From the NCBI GenBank assembly GCA_017536605.1, contig JAFXHB010000083.1, positions 1 to 40,349 on the forward strand: a stretch of 40,349 bases of DNA, written 5' to 3'. This stretch comes from Alistipes sp. (GTDB taxonomy: Bacteria; Bacteroidota; Bacteroidia; Bacteroidales; Rikenellaceae). This document shows positions 20,058 to 29,087 of this stretch, one piece after another. The translations under genes were made by a program, and so were the position numbers. A model generated the notes under the pieces. That model was not told the DNA's origin. It did not search any database and worked only from the letters and a program-made list of their open reading frames with translations. Position 1 is the first letter of the stretch, and every line of letters starts with the position of its first letter.

Positions 20058-21046
20058 TACGGTATTCGTTTTAAGAGAATATATTTCACAAAAAATTCGG
20101 TAATGAGGAGAGCCAAAGCCCACAATACGAATTTGAGGTACTCCTCGTGTACGAGGGTGAACTCTAAAACCTCAACCTTGCTCTTCTCCATCGAGTTAAT
20201 CTCGTCGTAGATACGTTTGAGCGACTCCTTATCCGTTGCACGGAAATACTCTCCGCCCGTCTTTTCGGCAATCTCGCGAAGACTCTCTTCGTCAATCTCA
20301 ACATCCAACATTACGGTATCTACCTCTCGACCTCGCTCGTCAAATAGGGGGTATGGAGCCTGACCATTACGTCCGACACCGATAGTATATACCTTGATAC
20401 CCAAATCTTTTGCAATATCGGCAACCGTGAGTGGAGATATCTGTCCGCGATTATTTACGCCATCGGTCAAGAGAATTATCACTTTACTCTTTGAGTCGCT
20501 CTCGCGTAGGCGATTTACAGCCGTCGCCAAGCCGTTGCCGATAGCCGTACCGTCCTCTATAACACCACTCTTGATGCGCCCCAAGAGCGTTTGCAGAGTC
20601 GCTTGGTCAGTCGTAAGAGGTGCTTGTGTGAACGCCTCACCCGCAAATACCACCAAGCCGATGCGGTCGCCTGTGCGGTTGGCGATAAAGGTGGAGGCAA
20701 CCTCCTTTGCCGCAACAAGTCGGTCAGGCGTGAAGTCGCGGGCAAGCATTGAACCCGATATATCGAGCGACAAGACTATATCTATACCATCACTCGTAGT
20801 CTCAACCTCGTGTTCAACACTCTGCGGACGTGCCACGGCAACGATAAGCAACGAGAGTGCCGCCATACGGAGTATGATAGGGAGGTGGCGCAGGTAGTAG
20901 CGAAGGGTGCGCGGTGCGGTGCGTAGAGCATCGGTGGTCGATATTACTATCGACGCGCCACCCTGCCTGCTACGCCAGATGTAGTAGGCTATAAGCAGTG
21001 GTACTATTGTCAGTAACCACAATATCTTGGGATTTGCAAACTCCAT
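20057..21046 (-). CDS. batA: BatA, vWA-domain membrane protein
   Basis: FANP, DISGSMLARDF, GTAIGNGLA, LLTDGVNN, TGGEYFRAT. Confidence 0.92.
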   Translation of the reverse strand: MEFANPKILWLLTIVPLLIAYYIWRSRQGGASIVISTTDALRTAPRTLRYYLRHLPIILRMAALSLLIVAVARPQSVEHEVETTSDGIDIVLSLDISGSMLARDFTPDRLVAAKEVASTFIANRTGDRIGLVVFAGEAFTQAPLTTDQATLQTLLGRIKSGVIEDGTAIGNGLATAVNRLRESDSKSKVIILLTDGVNNRGQISPLTVADIAKDLGIKVYTIGVGRNGQAPYPLFDERGREVDTVMLDVEIDEESLREIAEKTGGEYFRATDKESLKRIYDEINSMEKSKVEVLEFTLVHEEYLKFVLWALALLITEFFVKYILLKRIP

Positions 21047-21049
21047 ACT

Positions 21050-21817
21050 CTACCAATTCTTTGAGTTGTAAATATATCCTCCGGTCTGCTCCTTCAACTT
21101 ATCCTGTGTCTTGTCCTCCTCGGCCTGTATCGCCTGCAACATAGCCTCTTGTTGCTCCGGAGAGATGCCGTTTTGTTGAGGGCGGTTCTGTTGTTGCTGA
21201 TTCTGTTTATCTTGGTTTTGAGGAGAGTTCTCCTTGTTTTGAGGGTTGTTCTTATCCTCCTTGTTTTGGTCTTGGTTATTTTGATTTTGGTCGTTCTGCC
21301 CTTGCTCCTTGTTCTCTTGGTTTTGGTCTTGTTGCTGTTGTTGCTCCTGATTCTGCTCTTGTTGCTGCTGTTGCTGTTGTTGCATCAACTTTGTGTAGGC
21401 GTAGTTAAACTTCGCATCTTCATCATCAGGGTTCATACGCATCACATTGCGGTAACTCTCCAACGCCTTGTCAAACTTCTGTTGGGCGAATTGGGCGTTG
21501 CCGAGGTTGTAGAGGACATCTCTACGCTCCTTCTCGGTGCGTAACGTGTCAAGTGCGAGCGCGGAGAGAATCTTCTCCGCGGCATCGTATCGTTGAGTCT
21601 CAATCATCGCCGAGGCGAGGTTGTATTGAGCCTCAAAGAGGTCGGGGTTCTGCTCCAACGCCTTCTCGTATGCCGCTACGCTATGTGGGTAACTCTTGAA
21701 ATGGTGCATTATGTTACCCCAGCGAGTCCAACCCCTCTCGGGCATCTTCTGCGCGAGGCTCTCCGCCGATACGAAGAGTGCCAATACGACAACTATATAT
21801 CTAACTCTACTTATCAT
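21050..21817 (-). CDS. batC: BatC, TPR protein with a Q/N-rich linker
   Basis: TPR repeats (YNLGNA), polyQ linker, C-terminal EQ.EAMLQAI...KNW. Confidence 0.85.
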   Translation of the reverse strand: MISRVRYIVVVLALFVSAESLAQKMPERGWTRWGNIMHHFKSYPHSVAAYEKALEQNPDLFEAQYNLASAMIETQRYDAAEKILSALALDTLRTEKERRDVLYNLGNAQFAQQKFDKALESYRNVMRMNPDDEDAKFNYAYTKLMQQQQQQQQEQNQEQQQQQDQNQENKEQGQNDQNQNNQDQNKEDKNNPQNKENSPQNQDKQNQQQQNRPQQNGISPEQQEAMLQAIQAEEDKTQDKLKEQTGGYIYNSKNW

Positions 21818-22857
21818 CTCTTCTCATTCTTGGTGGGGGTATCCTCCGGCTCCTTCTCCTCTACCTCAACAGGTTTGGTCTCCTCAACGAAGTAGTACGC
21901 CTTATCAAATGCGAGTTCGTTATCCTCCGCCTCCGGTGTCGCCTTCGCAAACTTTACGAGGTCGGCATCGCGTAAGATGCTCACCAAATCCATCTTCGAC
22001 TTTTGGGATATCCTCTCGTCTTGCAGAGCCTCGATAATCTCGTCGGTAGCCATCTCCATCGCTCCTATGGAGAAGGCGTTGGCGATATAGGTGCGCAGAA
22101 TATCGCTCAAAGCCGAGTAATACTGCTTGTGCTTGCTATTCTGCCACAACTTCTGATTTTTGAGTCGCTCCAACGCCTCAATCGCTACGATGTGGGCAGG
22201 TGGTGGCGGTGGTGTCTTGAAGATGTCGCGCAGACGCTTTCCTCGTTTGTGCAGATGTCTTGCCAAGAGCCATATAAGGAGTGCCAAGAGCGCAATAACC
22301 GCAATCGCAATCGCCAAGTATCCCGAAATCTCGCCAAAGTAGAATTTAGGCCACATTTGAGGTTTTAGTGGGCGCAACACTGCGGTAGAGTCAATCCGGA
22401 AGGTCGTAACGACAATCGTATTCTCCTCGTCGGTAAAGAGCGTATCGACGATGTTCTTATCAACGTAGAGAGCCTGTCCGCGTCCAAGGTGGTAGATTCC
22501 CTCATCAAAGATGACCATCTCGTATCGCTTGCGAATAAGGTCGTGGCGACCTTCGCCCTTGATGGTATCCGGCTCAAAGTCCCGAATAATCTCCACGCTG
22601 GATACCTCCTTCCCCTCTTCGCTTGCGCGTTCAAAATCAAAGGTCGGGAAGACGATGTGCTGCATCACGTCCCTCTCTACCTCTATCGTATAGACGAATC
22701 TGTCGCCAATCTTGATAGAGTCCTTGTCCAAGTAGGCGGAGATGTACGGGTACTTGTCGCGTAGGGGTGTCGTCTTGGTGGTCGCGCTCTTGGAGCAGGC
22801 AACCGCAGATAGCAACACCGCTATAAACAGGATGGATATGTAGCGAGATAGCTTCAT
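21814..22857 (-). CDS. Conserved bat-operon membrane protein
   Basis: Signal/lipoprotein-like N-terminus, central TM, PPAH..A..AL, K.YYS.LS.ILR.YI, ADLVKFAK. Confidence 0.75.
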   Translation of the reverse strand: MKLSRYISILFIAVLLSAVACSKSATTKTTPLRDKYPYISAYLDKDSIKIGDRFVYTIEVERDVMQHIVFPTFDFERASEEGKEVSSVEIIRDFEPDTIKGEGRHDLIRKRYEMVIFDEGIYHLGRGQALYVDKNIVDTLFTDEENTIVVTTFRIDSTAVLRPLKPQMWPKFYFGEISGYLAIAIAVIALLALLIWLLARHLHKRGKRLRDIFKTPPPPPAHIVAIEALERLKNQKLWQNSKHKQYYSALSDILRTYIANAFSIGAMEMATDEIIEALQDERISQKSKMDLVSILRDADLVKFAKATPEAEDNELAFDKAYYFVEETKPVEVEEKEPEDTPTKNEKR

Positions 22858-23738
22858 CGTTTGTGGAATAGTTTTATCAACTCTGCAACATAGTCCGAAT
22901 CGGTTGAGATATCGGCTATATCTATGCGCTTGTGGCGTAGCAGGTCAAGCGTCTTTGCCTCGCGCTCGTTCCACGCCTCGGCGTAGTGGCGACGTACCGC
23001 TGCCGACGAGGTGTCAATCAACACCTTGCGGGCAGTCTCGGCATCTTGTAACTCTACCAAGCCTATATTCGGCAACTCCCTCTCGCGAGGGTCCGAAACC
23101 TTCAAGGCGATAATGTCGTGGCGCGAAGAGGCGATCTTCAACGCATCGCTCAACGCCTCGTCATCGCTCTTTGCATTTAGAAAGTCGGAGATAAGGAATG
23201 CGGTGCAACGCTTCTTGTTTACACCCGTAAAGTAGCGTACTGCCTCCGAAATAGCGGTGCCGTTTGATTCGGGTACAAAGCCAATCAACTCACGGATAAT
23301 CATCAAGATATGGCTACGTCCCCGCTTTGGAGGGATAAACTTCTCAACCCTATCCGAGAAGAAGATGCAACCCACCTTGTCGCCCGTCTGCGAGGCGGAG
23401 AATGCCAACACAGCAGCCAACTCGGCGATGATACTCTTTTTGAGGTTGTCGGTCGTACCGAACATACGCGAGCCGCTGACATCGACCATCAACATCATCG
23501 TCAATTCGCGATCCTCCTCATAGACCTTGATATGGGGCTTGCGTGAGCGTGCCGTAACGTTCCAGTCAATATCGCGGACATCGTCGCCAATGCGATATTC
23601 GCGTACCTCGGCAAAGGACATACCACGCCCCTTGAATGCCGTATGATACTTTCCTGCGAAGATCTCATTCGACAAACCTCGCGTCTTAATCTCAATCTTT
23701 CGGACGCGCTTTAAGATATCGTTTTCGGTAGGCTCCAT
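22854..23738 (-). CDS. DUF58 vWA-like MoxR partner
   Basis: FKGRGMSFAEVREY..GDDVRDIDWNVTAR, DVSGS, ISDF. Confidence 0.92.
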   Translation of the reverse strand: MEPTENDILKRVRKIEIKTRGLSNEIFAGKYHTAFKGRGMSFAEVREYRIGDDVRDIDWNVTARSRKPHIKVYEEDRELTMMLMVDVSGSRMFGTTDNLKKSIIAELAAVLAFSASQTGDKVGCIFFSDRVEKFIPPKRGRSHILMIIRELIGFVPESNGTAISEAVRYFTGVNKKRCTAFLISDFLNAKSDDEALSDALKIASSRHDIIALKVSDPRERELPNIGLVELQDAETARKVLIDTSSAAVRRHYAEAWNEREAKTLDLLRHKRIDIADISTDSDYVAELIKLFHKR

Positions 23739-24736
23739 TAAGGAACTATTACATTGTTCAATATCTCGGTGATAATATCCTCGGTGGTGATGTTCTCTGC
23801 CTCCGCCTCATAGGTCAAGCCGATACGGTGGCGCAAAACATCGTGGCATACGGCGCGTACATCCTCTGGAATGACGTAGCCTCTGCGACGGATAAATGCG
23901 TACGCACGAGCAGCCTTCGCAAGCGAGATGCTGGCACGAGGAGAGCCTCCGTAGGAGATGAGAGGCTGTAACTTTTCAAGGTTGTACGATGCAGGCTCGC
24001 GTGTAGCGAAGATGATATCTATAATGTACTTCTCAATCTTCTCGTCCATATAGACATCTTCAACGACCTTGCGTGCTTTGATGATATCCTCTGGTGAAAT
24101 AACCTGATTTGGTTGCGGCATACCTGCGCCCGAAAGGTTCATACGCACAATATCGCGCTCCTCCTCCTTGCGAGGATAGGTAATCTTTGCCTTCAACATA
24201 AAACGGTCCACCTGCGCCTCTGGAAGCGGGTATGTACCCTCCTGCTCCAACGGGTTCTGGGTAGCCAACACGAGGAATGGTTCAGGTAACTTGTAGGTGC
24301 TGTCGCCAATGGTTACCTGTCGCTCCTGCATCGCCTCCAAGAGTGCCGACTGTACCTTTGCAGGGGAGCGGTTAATCTCGTCCGCCAAGATAAAGTTTGC
24401 AAAAACGGGTCCCTTCTTTACGGTGAAGTCCTCTGTCTTCTGCGAGTAGATCAGAGTACCCACAATATCGGCAGGGAGCAAGTCTGGTGTAAACTGAATA
24501 CGCGAGAAGTCGGCGTTAATCGCCTTTGCCAAAGTGGTGATTGCCAAGGTCTTTGCCAAGCCCGGAACACCCTCCAAAAGAATGTGTCCATTTGAGAGGA
24601 GTCCAATCAGCAATGTGTCAACGAGGTGCTGTTGTCCCACGATGACCTTGCCCATCTCTGTACGCAGGGTATCCACGAAGAGGCTCTCGCGCTCAATGCG
24701 CTCATTCAACTCTTTGATGTTGATAATATCACTCAT
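23738..24736 (-). CDS. moxR: MoxR-family AAA+ ATPase
   Basis: LEGVPGLAKT, RIQFTPDLLPAD, DEINR, ATQNPLEQEGTYPLPEAQVDRF; start MSDII at 24736. Confidence 0.95.
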   Translation of the reverse strand: MSDIINIKELNERIERESLFVDTLRTEMGKVIVGQQHLVDTLLIGLLSNGHILLEGVPGLAKTLAITTLAKAINADFSRIQFTPDLLPADIVGTLIYSQKTEDFTVKKGPVFANFILADEINRSPAKVQSALLEAMQERQVTIGDSTYKLPEPFLVLATQNPLEQEGTYPLPEAQVDRFMLKAKITYPRKEEERDIVRMNLSGAGMPQPNQVISPEDIIKARKVVEDVYMDEKIEKYIIDIIFATREPASYNLEKLQPLISYGGSPRASISLAKAARAYAFIRRRGYVIPEDVRAVCHDVLRHRIGLTYEAEAENITTEDIITEILNNVIVP

Positions 24737-24755
24737 ATATCTATGTTGGTTTTTT

Positions 24756-24790
24756 GCCATTGGCCATTAGCTTTTGGCCATTAGCTTTTT
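24756..24790. repeat. Degenerate heptamer tandem repeat (GCCATTA-like)
   Basis: gccattg gccatta gcttttg gccatta gcttttt upstream of moxR. Confidence 0.65.
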
Positions 24791-24833
24791 GTTTTGAAAC
24801 TCTTTCGCCTAATTTAACGCAATGTTTTCCTGT

Positions 24834-25418
24834 TTATTGTGCTTGTCCCTCCTGCTCTTTGCGAAGTCGGAGGAAGCAGTGGCGACACACAGGCTCGTAG
24901 GTATCCTTCTCGCCGAGCATCACCAACTTCTCGCTCTTTGCCAAACGGTGCGAATGTTGTGCAGGGTTGCCGCAATGTACGCAGATGGCGTGTACCTTAT
25001 CGACATACTCCGCTATCGCCATCAACGCAGGCATCGGACCAAACGGCTTACCGAGGAAGTCCATATCCAAGCCCGCAACGATTACGCGTACGCCACGATT
25101 TGCCAACTCACGGCATACGTCAATGATACTTTCGTCAAAGAATTGCGCCTCGTCAATACCCACGACATCAACCTCCGACGACATTAGCAGAATCTGCTGT
25201 GGCGACTCTACGGGTGTAGAGCGAATTGTTGAGTGGTTGTGCGACACGACCTCATCTTCCGAGTAGCGAACATCTATTTGTGGTTTGAAAATCTCGACTC
25301 TTTGGTGTGCGAACTCGGCACGACGCAGACGACGAATCAACTCCTCGGTCTTACCCGAGAACATTGAGCCGCAAACGACCTCAATCCAACCCTTCTGTGT
25401 ACTGTTTTCCAAGAACAT
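24834..25418 (-). CDS. tdk: Thymidine kinase
   Basis: [24 protein letters not shown], zinc-binding C..C motifs. Confidence 0.96.
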   Translation of the reverse strand: MFLENSTQKGWIEVVCGSMFSGKTEELIRRLRRAEFAHQRVEIFKPQIDVRYSEDEVVSHNHSTIRSTPVESPQQILLMSSEVDVVGIDEAQFFDESIIDVCRELANRGVRVIVAGLDMDFLGKPFGPMPALMAIAEYVDKVHAICVHCGNPAQHSHRLAKSEKLVMLGEKDTYEPVCRHCFLRLRKEQEGQAQ

Positions 25419-25464
25419 ATTTTTACTATTTTGTTTTCTTAATTTATCTGTTTGGGTTCGGTGT

Positions 25465-26448
25465 TTAGAGCCACTTCTTATAGCGGAAGAAGCCGATAGT
25501 CAGCCCCGAAGCCAACACCATCAGGCAGAGGGCGAAGATGTAGCCCAACGGTATCTGGAAGCCGTTGTCCAACGTATATACCCACTCCAACTCCGGCATA
25601 AAGCGGAAGTTCATACCGTAGATACTTGCCACGAGTGTCGCGGGCATAAAGATTACCGCTGCCACCGAGAAGATCTTTACCACCTCGTTCTGCTCGATGT
25701 TGATAAGACCGAGTGCCGAGTCCTGAATATAGTCAAGACGCTGGAACGAGAAGTCTGTGTGGGAAATCAACGAGTTCACGTCCTTAATCATCAGCTGCAA
25801 GCGTGGATAGATATCATTCGGGAAACGCTCACTACGCAAGATGCCCGACAAGACGCGCTGGCGGTCAAAGATATTCTCGCGAAGCACCATCGTACGCTCT
25901 TGGAGGGTACTGATGCGCAAGAGAATCGCCTTGTCAATGGAGTCCTCCTTGGTGATATCCTTCGAGAGCGACGATACCTGCTTTCCGACCATCTCTACAA
26001 GGTCGGCATCAAAGTCGATGCGGACTTCAAGTAGCGAGATGAGGATGTGGTAGCCCGTCGAGAAACTGCGGTAGTTCATCTGCAAACGCTTCTCTGCCTC
26101 GCGGAAGGTGCGCATATCTGCCTGTCGTACCGACACGAGAACACCCTCATTTGAGAGTATGAACGATACCGGTTCAACCTCAAAACTATCCCCCGTCGGA
26201 ACGAAGAAGTTGGAGTTGGAGATGATGGCATTCTCGCTCTCGGAGTATTTTGAGGTGGACTCAATCTCCTCAACCTGCTGCTTGGTTTGCAGGCTTATCT
26301 CCATAAAGTTCTCAACGGCCTTCTGCTCCTTAATGGAGGGTTGCACCATATCGATCCAAAGAATATCGTCAAAGCCGAGTTCATCAAAGAGTTCGGTGTC
26401 GGCATTGCGAATAATTTTGTTGTATTGCTTTAAGTAGATAGTAATCAT
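25465..26448 (-). CDS. corA: CorA Mg2+/Co2+ transporter
   Basis: YGMNF signature, MPEL, two C-terminal TMs ending KKWL. Confidence 0.95.
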   Translation of the reverse strand: MITIYLKQYNKIIRNADTELFDELGFDDILWIDMVQPSIKEQKAVENFMEISLQTKQQVEEIESTSKYSESENAIISNSNFFVPTGDSFEVEPVSFILSNEGVLVSVRQADMRTFREAEKRLQMNYRSFSTGYHILISLLEVRIDFDADLVEMVGKQVSSLSKDITKEDSIDKAILLRISTLQERTMVLRENIFDRQRVLSGILRSERFPNDIYPRLQLMIKDVNSLISHTDFSFQRLDYIQDSALGLINIEQNEVVKIFSVAAVIFMPATLVASIYGMNFRFMPELEWVYTLDNGFQIPLGYIFALCLMVLASGLTIGFFRYKKWL

Positions 26449-26526
26449 AATTCTCTCTTTGTACGGGTTTCACTTTCATTGTCTGTTTGCCAATCGTAGT
26501 GATAGGGGCTTATCTCCCCATTACCT

Positions 26527-27294
26527 TCAACCCGGGTTGACTTTGGGCTTAATTTTCAGCCCGAAGTCCCAAAACTTTTTAAGAGCATTATGTTTCTGTA
26601 TATCGAACAGGTGGTCAATGTTGGTTGTAAGGTACTCGTAGGCATACTCCTTCTCGGCATATTCACTTTCAAGAATAGCCTCGTAGATATGCTCTACACC
26701 GTAGGTCAATGCCGCCTGCAACTCGTCGTGAATCGCATAGTCAAGCCCCTTGCGTGCCACCCATACGGCAAAGGCGAATGGCATACCCGTAAGCGATATC
26801 CACTCCTCCGCCAAGTCGTATGTGTAGGCGAACTTACCCTCGTGGTCAAAGACCTTGTCGCCGATGATGAGAGCAGCCTCTCCCTCGGCGAGGTTCTCCA
26901 ACTGCTCGTACTCCTCCAACTCTACCCACTCGGGCTCAATGTGCCACCGATGCTTTGCGAGGTAGCCGCAGAGTTGCACCGATGTCTTGGAGTGCGGGTC
27001 AAGCAGAATACGCTTCACCTGCTTTATAGGGGTGTTGCCCGCCACAATCACTGTGCGTACCTTGCCAGATGCGCCGATGCAGTAGTCGGTGATAATCTCC
27101 ACGTCGGGAATAGAGTGCGCCATAGCCGCCGGTATCAGTGCGATATCGACCTTGCCCTCAACGAGGTTTTTGTAGCAGTCGGCAGGGGTAGCAAGCAGCA
27201 ACTCGGCACCAAGATTAGCGTGGTGTCGCAGTCCATAGACAAATGGTATCGCATTCAGATACGATATTACTGCTATTTTTGCGTTTATTGCCAT
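26527..27294 (-). CDS. mqnA: Chorismate dehydratase MqnA (futalosine menaquinone pathway)
   Basis: ISYLNAIPFVYG, S.TS..L, LIIGD, DLAEEW...TGMPFAFAVW. Confidence 0.85.
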   Translation of the reverse strand: MAINAKIAVISYLNAIPFVYGLRHHANLGAELLLATPADCYKNLVEGKVDIALIPAAMAHSIPDVEIITDYCIGASGKVRTVIVAGNTPIKQVKRILLDPHSKTSVQLCGYLAKHRWHIEPEWVELEEYEQLENLAEGEAALIIGDKVFDHEGKFAYTYDLAEEWISLTGMPFAFAVWVARKGLDYAIHDELQAALTYGVEHIYEAILESEYAEKEYAYEYLTTNIDHLFDIQKHNALKKFWDFGLKIKPKVNPG

Positions 27295-27364
27295 CGTCCA
27301 TTTGCTCGCTTTTTTAGACTCTCAATTCAACTATTTCGCGCGTACATCGCGCGTAATACTTCTG

Positions 27365-27372
27365 CAAAGGTA
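27365..27372 (-). promoter_or_regulatory. -7 promoter element for mqnA
   Basis: TACCTTTG on the minus strand about 70 nt upstream of the start. Confidence 0.55.
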
Positions 27373-27512
27373 AACAATTTTTGTACAGAGTGTGCCAACT
27401 TTGGGTAAAAAAAATAGAAAAAATTAAAATTTTATTATAAGTTCAATTATTTAACTTTCAAAAAGTTGTGCGATTTAGGACAAAATCGTTGTCAAAAAAA
27501 TGCACTTTCCCT

Positions 27513-27545
27513 CTTGACAAACGCTATTTTTGTGTTATATATTTG
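27513..27545 (+). promoter_or_regulatory. Host sigmaA-type promoter facing the phage-like operon
   Basis: CTTG (27513-27516), 21-nt spacer, TATATTTG (27538-27545); overlapped by an inverted repeat TTGTCAA/TTGACAA. Confidence 0.65.
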
Positions 27546-27702
27546 CACTGTCGTTAGCGCTATTCGGCATAGAGTTATCAACATAAACGATATCGGTGTT
27601 GAAAACTTTATTAAAAACAGAAACGGCTGATATGTTGGTTATTTCGCAACTTTATTAACCGTCTTTCACAAACAATTAACAAACTTATTAAAAAATTTAA
27701 CT

Positions 27703-28122
27703 ATGAATCGTGCTTTATTGCAAGGTGCGGTTGAGGGGTTGGTGTCTGCCTATGGATACACCTTTTTGGTGGAGCATAAGGAGCGTGCGCCATTCCACAT
27801 CACCGCCTATCCGGCAGCCTTTATGGCTCCCCCAAAGTTCAATAAACAAGAGGGACGTCGATTTGGAAAGATTACATACGATATTTCGCTGGTCTTGATG
27901 CGTCAGGGTGCCAAGTTGTCATCGGCGGAGCGCAACGAGCGATATGCCGATATGGAGCGAGAACTCGTGGAGATGTTCGTAAAGTTGAGCAAACTTCCGC
28001 AGATAGCCTCTGTAAATGACCTTACGATAACGCCATACAACTCGACGATAGACCATCACGGGGCTATTGCAATGGTGGCGACAGCGCAGGTAGCAACACT
28101 TTTTGAAGAGAATAAGTTATGA
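27703..28122 (+). CDS. Hypothetical phage-like protein (possible tail terminator/completion protein)
   Basis: 139 aa; YP.AF..P and ITYDISLVLM pattern and size fit tail-completion proteins; ATGA overlap with the next gene. Function is inferred. Confidence 0.4.
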   Translation: MNRALLQGAVEGLVSAYGYTFLVEHKERAPFHITAYPAAFMAPPKFNKQEGRRFGKITYDISLVLMRQGAKLSSAERNERYADMERELVEMFVKLSKLPQIASVNDLTITPYNSTIDHHGAIAMVATAQVATLFEENKL

Positions 28123-29087
28123 AGATAGATTTTTCACCTAACGATTATACCCCTATTGAGCAGGGGTTGTGCTTCGGCTTCTCTACGGAGAGCGAGGAGC
28201 CGACAGATGTTGAGGTTGCGATTGTCAATGCCGATACCGATGAGGTTGTTGCCACCCAACTATTGCGACAGGTTGTGTCGGGCAAGGTCAATATCGCCCC
28301 ATACGTGGAGCGATTCTCTCAACGTGAGCCAAAAGCCTTTGGTAAAGAGGGCTCCTCGCTCTCGCTCTTGGAGGTGGTGCGATATAAGATTCGTATCGGC
28401 GACGTTGAGTCAGAGAGCGTTGCGGTGTCGCCTCTCCGATATGAGTTCTCTGCCCCTGCACTCATTACGAAGATGCCTCTGCGCCGTAAAATCTTCTATG
28501 ATGACTGCGACGAGTTACTCTTCGCCGTGCAGGATAGTACCGACGTGGATGTGGTGATAATGCCAAATATCGGGGCGGTTAAAAGCCTCTCGTACAAGGC
28601 CGCTTCGGGTGTTGTGCGCCTTCTTCTTACACCTTCGGAGTTTGGGCAAGAGGCGAGAAGAGTCTCTGTACTCATCAAACTCAACGCGCAGGATTGGTGT
28701 AGCGTGGAGTACGAGGTGTTGCAGCGTCGCGGACGCTCTCTCTGCGTGGTATGGGAGTCGGCGTGTGGCTCAATGGAGCGTTACATCTTCCCGATGACTT
28801 ACGCCCTGCGTAACGAGGTTACGAAGCAGCGTGTCGGAGATGGCACAAACCTGAATGCAGTGGCGATTATGCGCTCCAAAATTGTGCGAGCGATCTCCAA
28901 CTACGAGCCTTGCGATGTGATTGCTGCATTATCCGATATTATCGCCTCGCCGAAGGTCTGGATTGAACTTAATGCTCTTCTGCACAGGGTAGATGTCGTT
29001 ACTTCGGAGGAGTCCTACAACCTTCTTGGAGAGCCTAACTTTGTTGAGTTGGATTTGCGTATAGAGAGTAGGAGGGTGGCGTTATGA
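28119..29087 (+). CDS. Putative distal-tail/baseplate protein
   Basis: 322 aa, beta-rich; C-terminal W....G..E.Y.F and II.SPKVWI pattern recalls Bacteroidota phage tail proteins. Confidence 0.45.
   Translation: MKIDFSPNDYTPIEQGLCFGFSTESEEPTDVEVAIVNADTDEVVATQLLRQVVSGKVNIAPYVERFSQREPKAFGKEGSSLSLLEVVRYKIRIGDVESESVAVSPLRYEFSAPALITKMPLRRKIFYDDCDELLFAVQDSTDVDVVIMPNIGAVKSLSYKAASGVVRLLLTPSEFGQEARRVSVLIKLNAQDWCSVEYEVLQRRGRSLCVVWESACGSMERYIFPMTYALRNEVTKQRVGDGTNLNAVAIMRSKIVRAISNYEPCDVIAALSDIIASPKVWIELNALLHRVDVVTSEESYNLLGEPNFVELDLRIESRRVAL

Noticed and set aside
21170-21385. CAA/CAG-rich repeat and antisense poly-Leu ORF (21149-21544)
   Set aside because: Normal Q/N-rich linker of BatC; the antisense ORF is its shadow.
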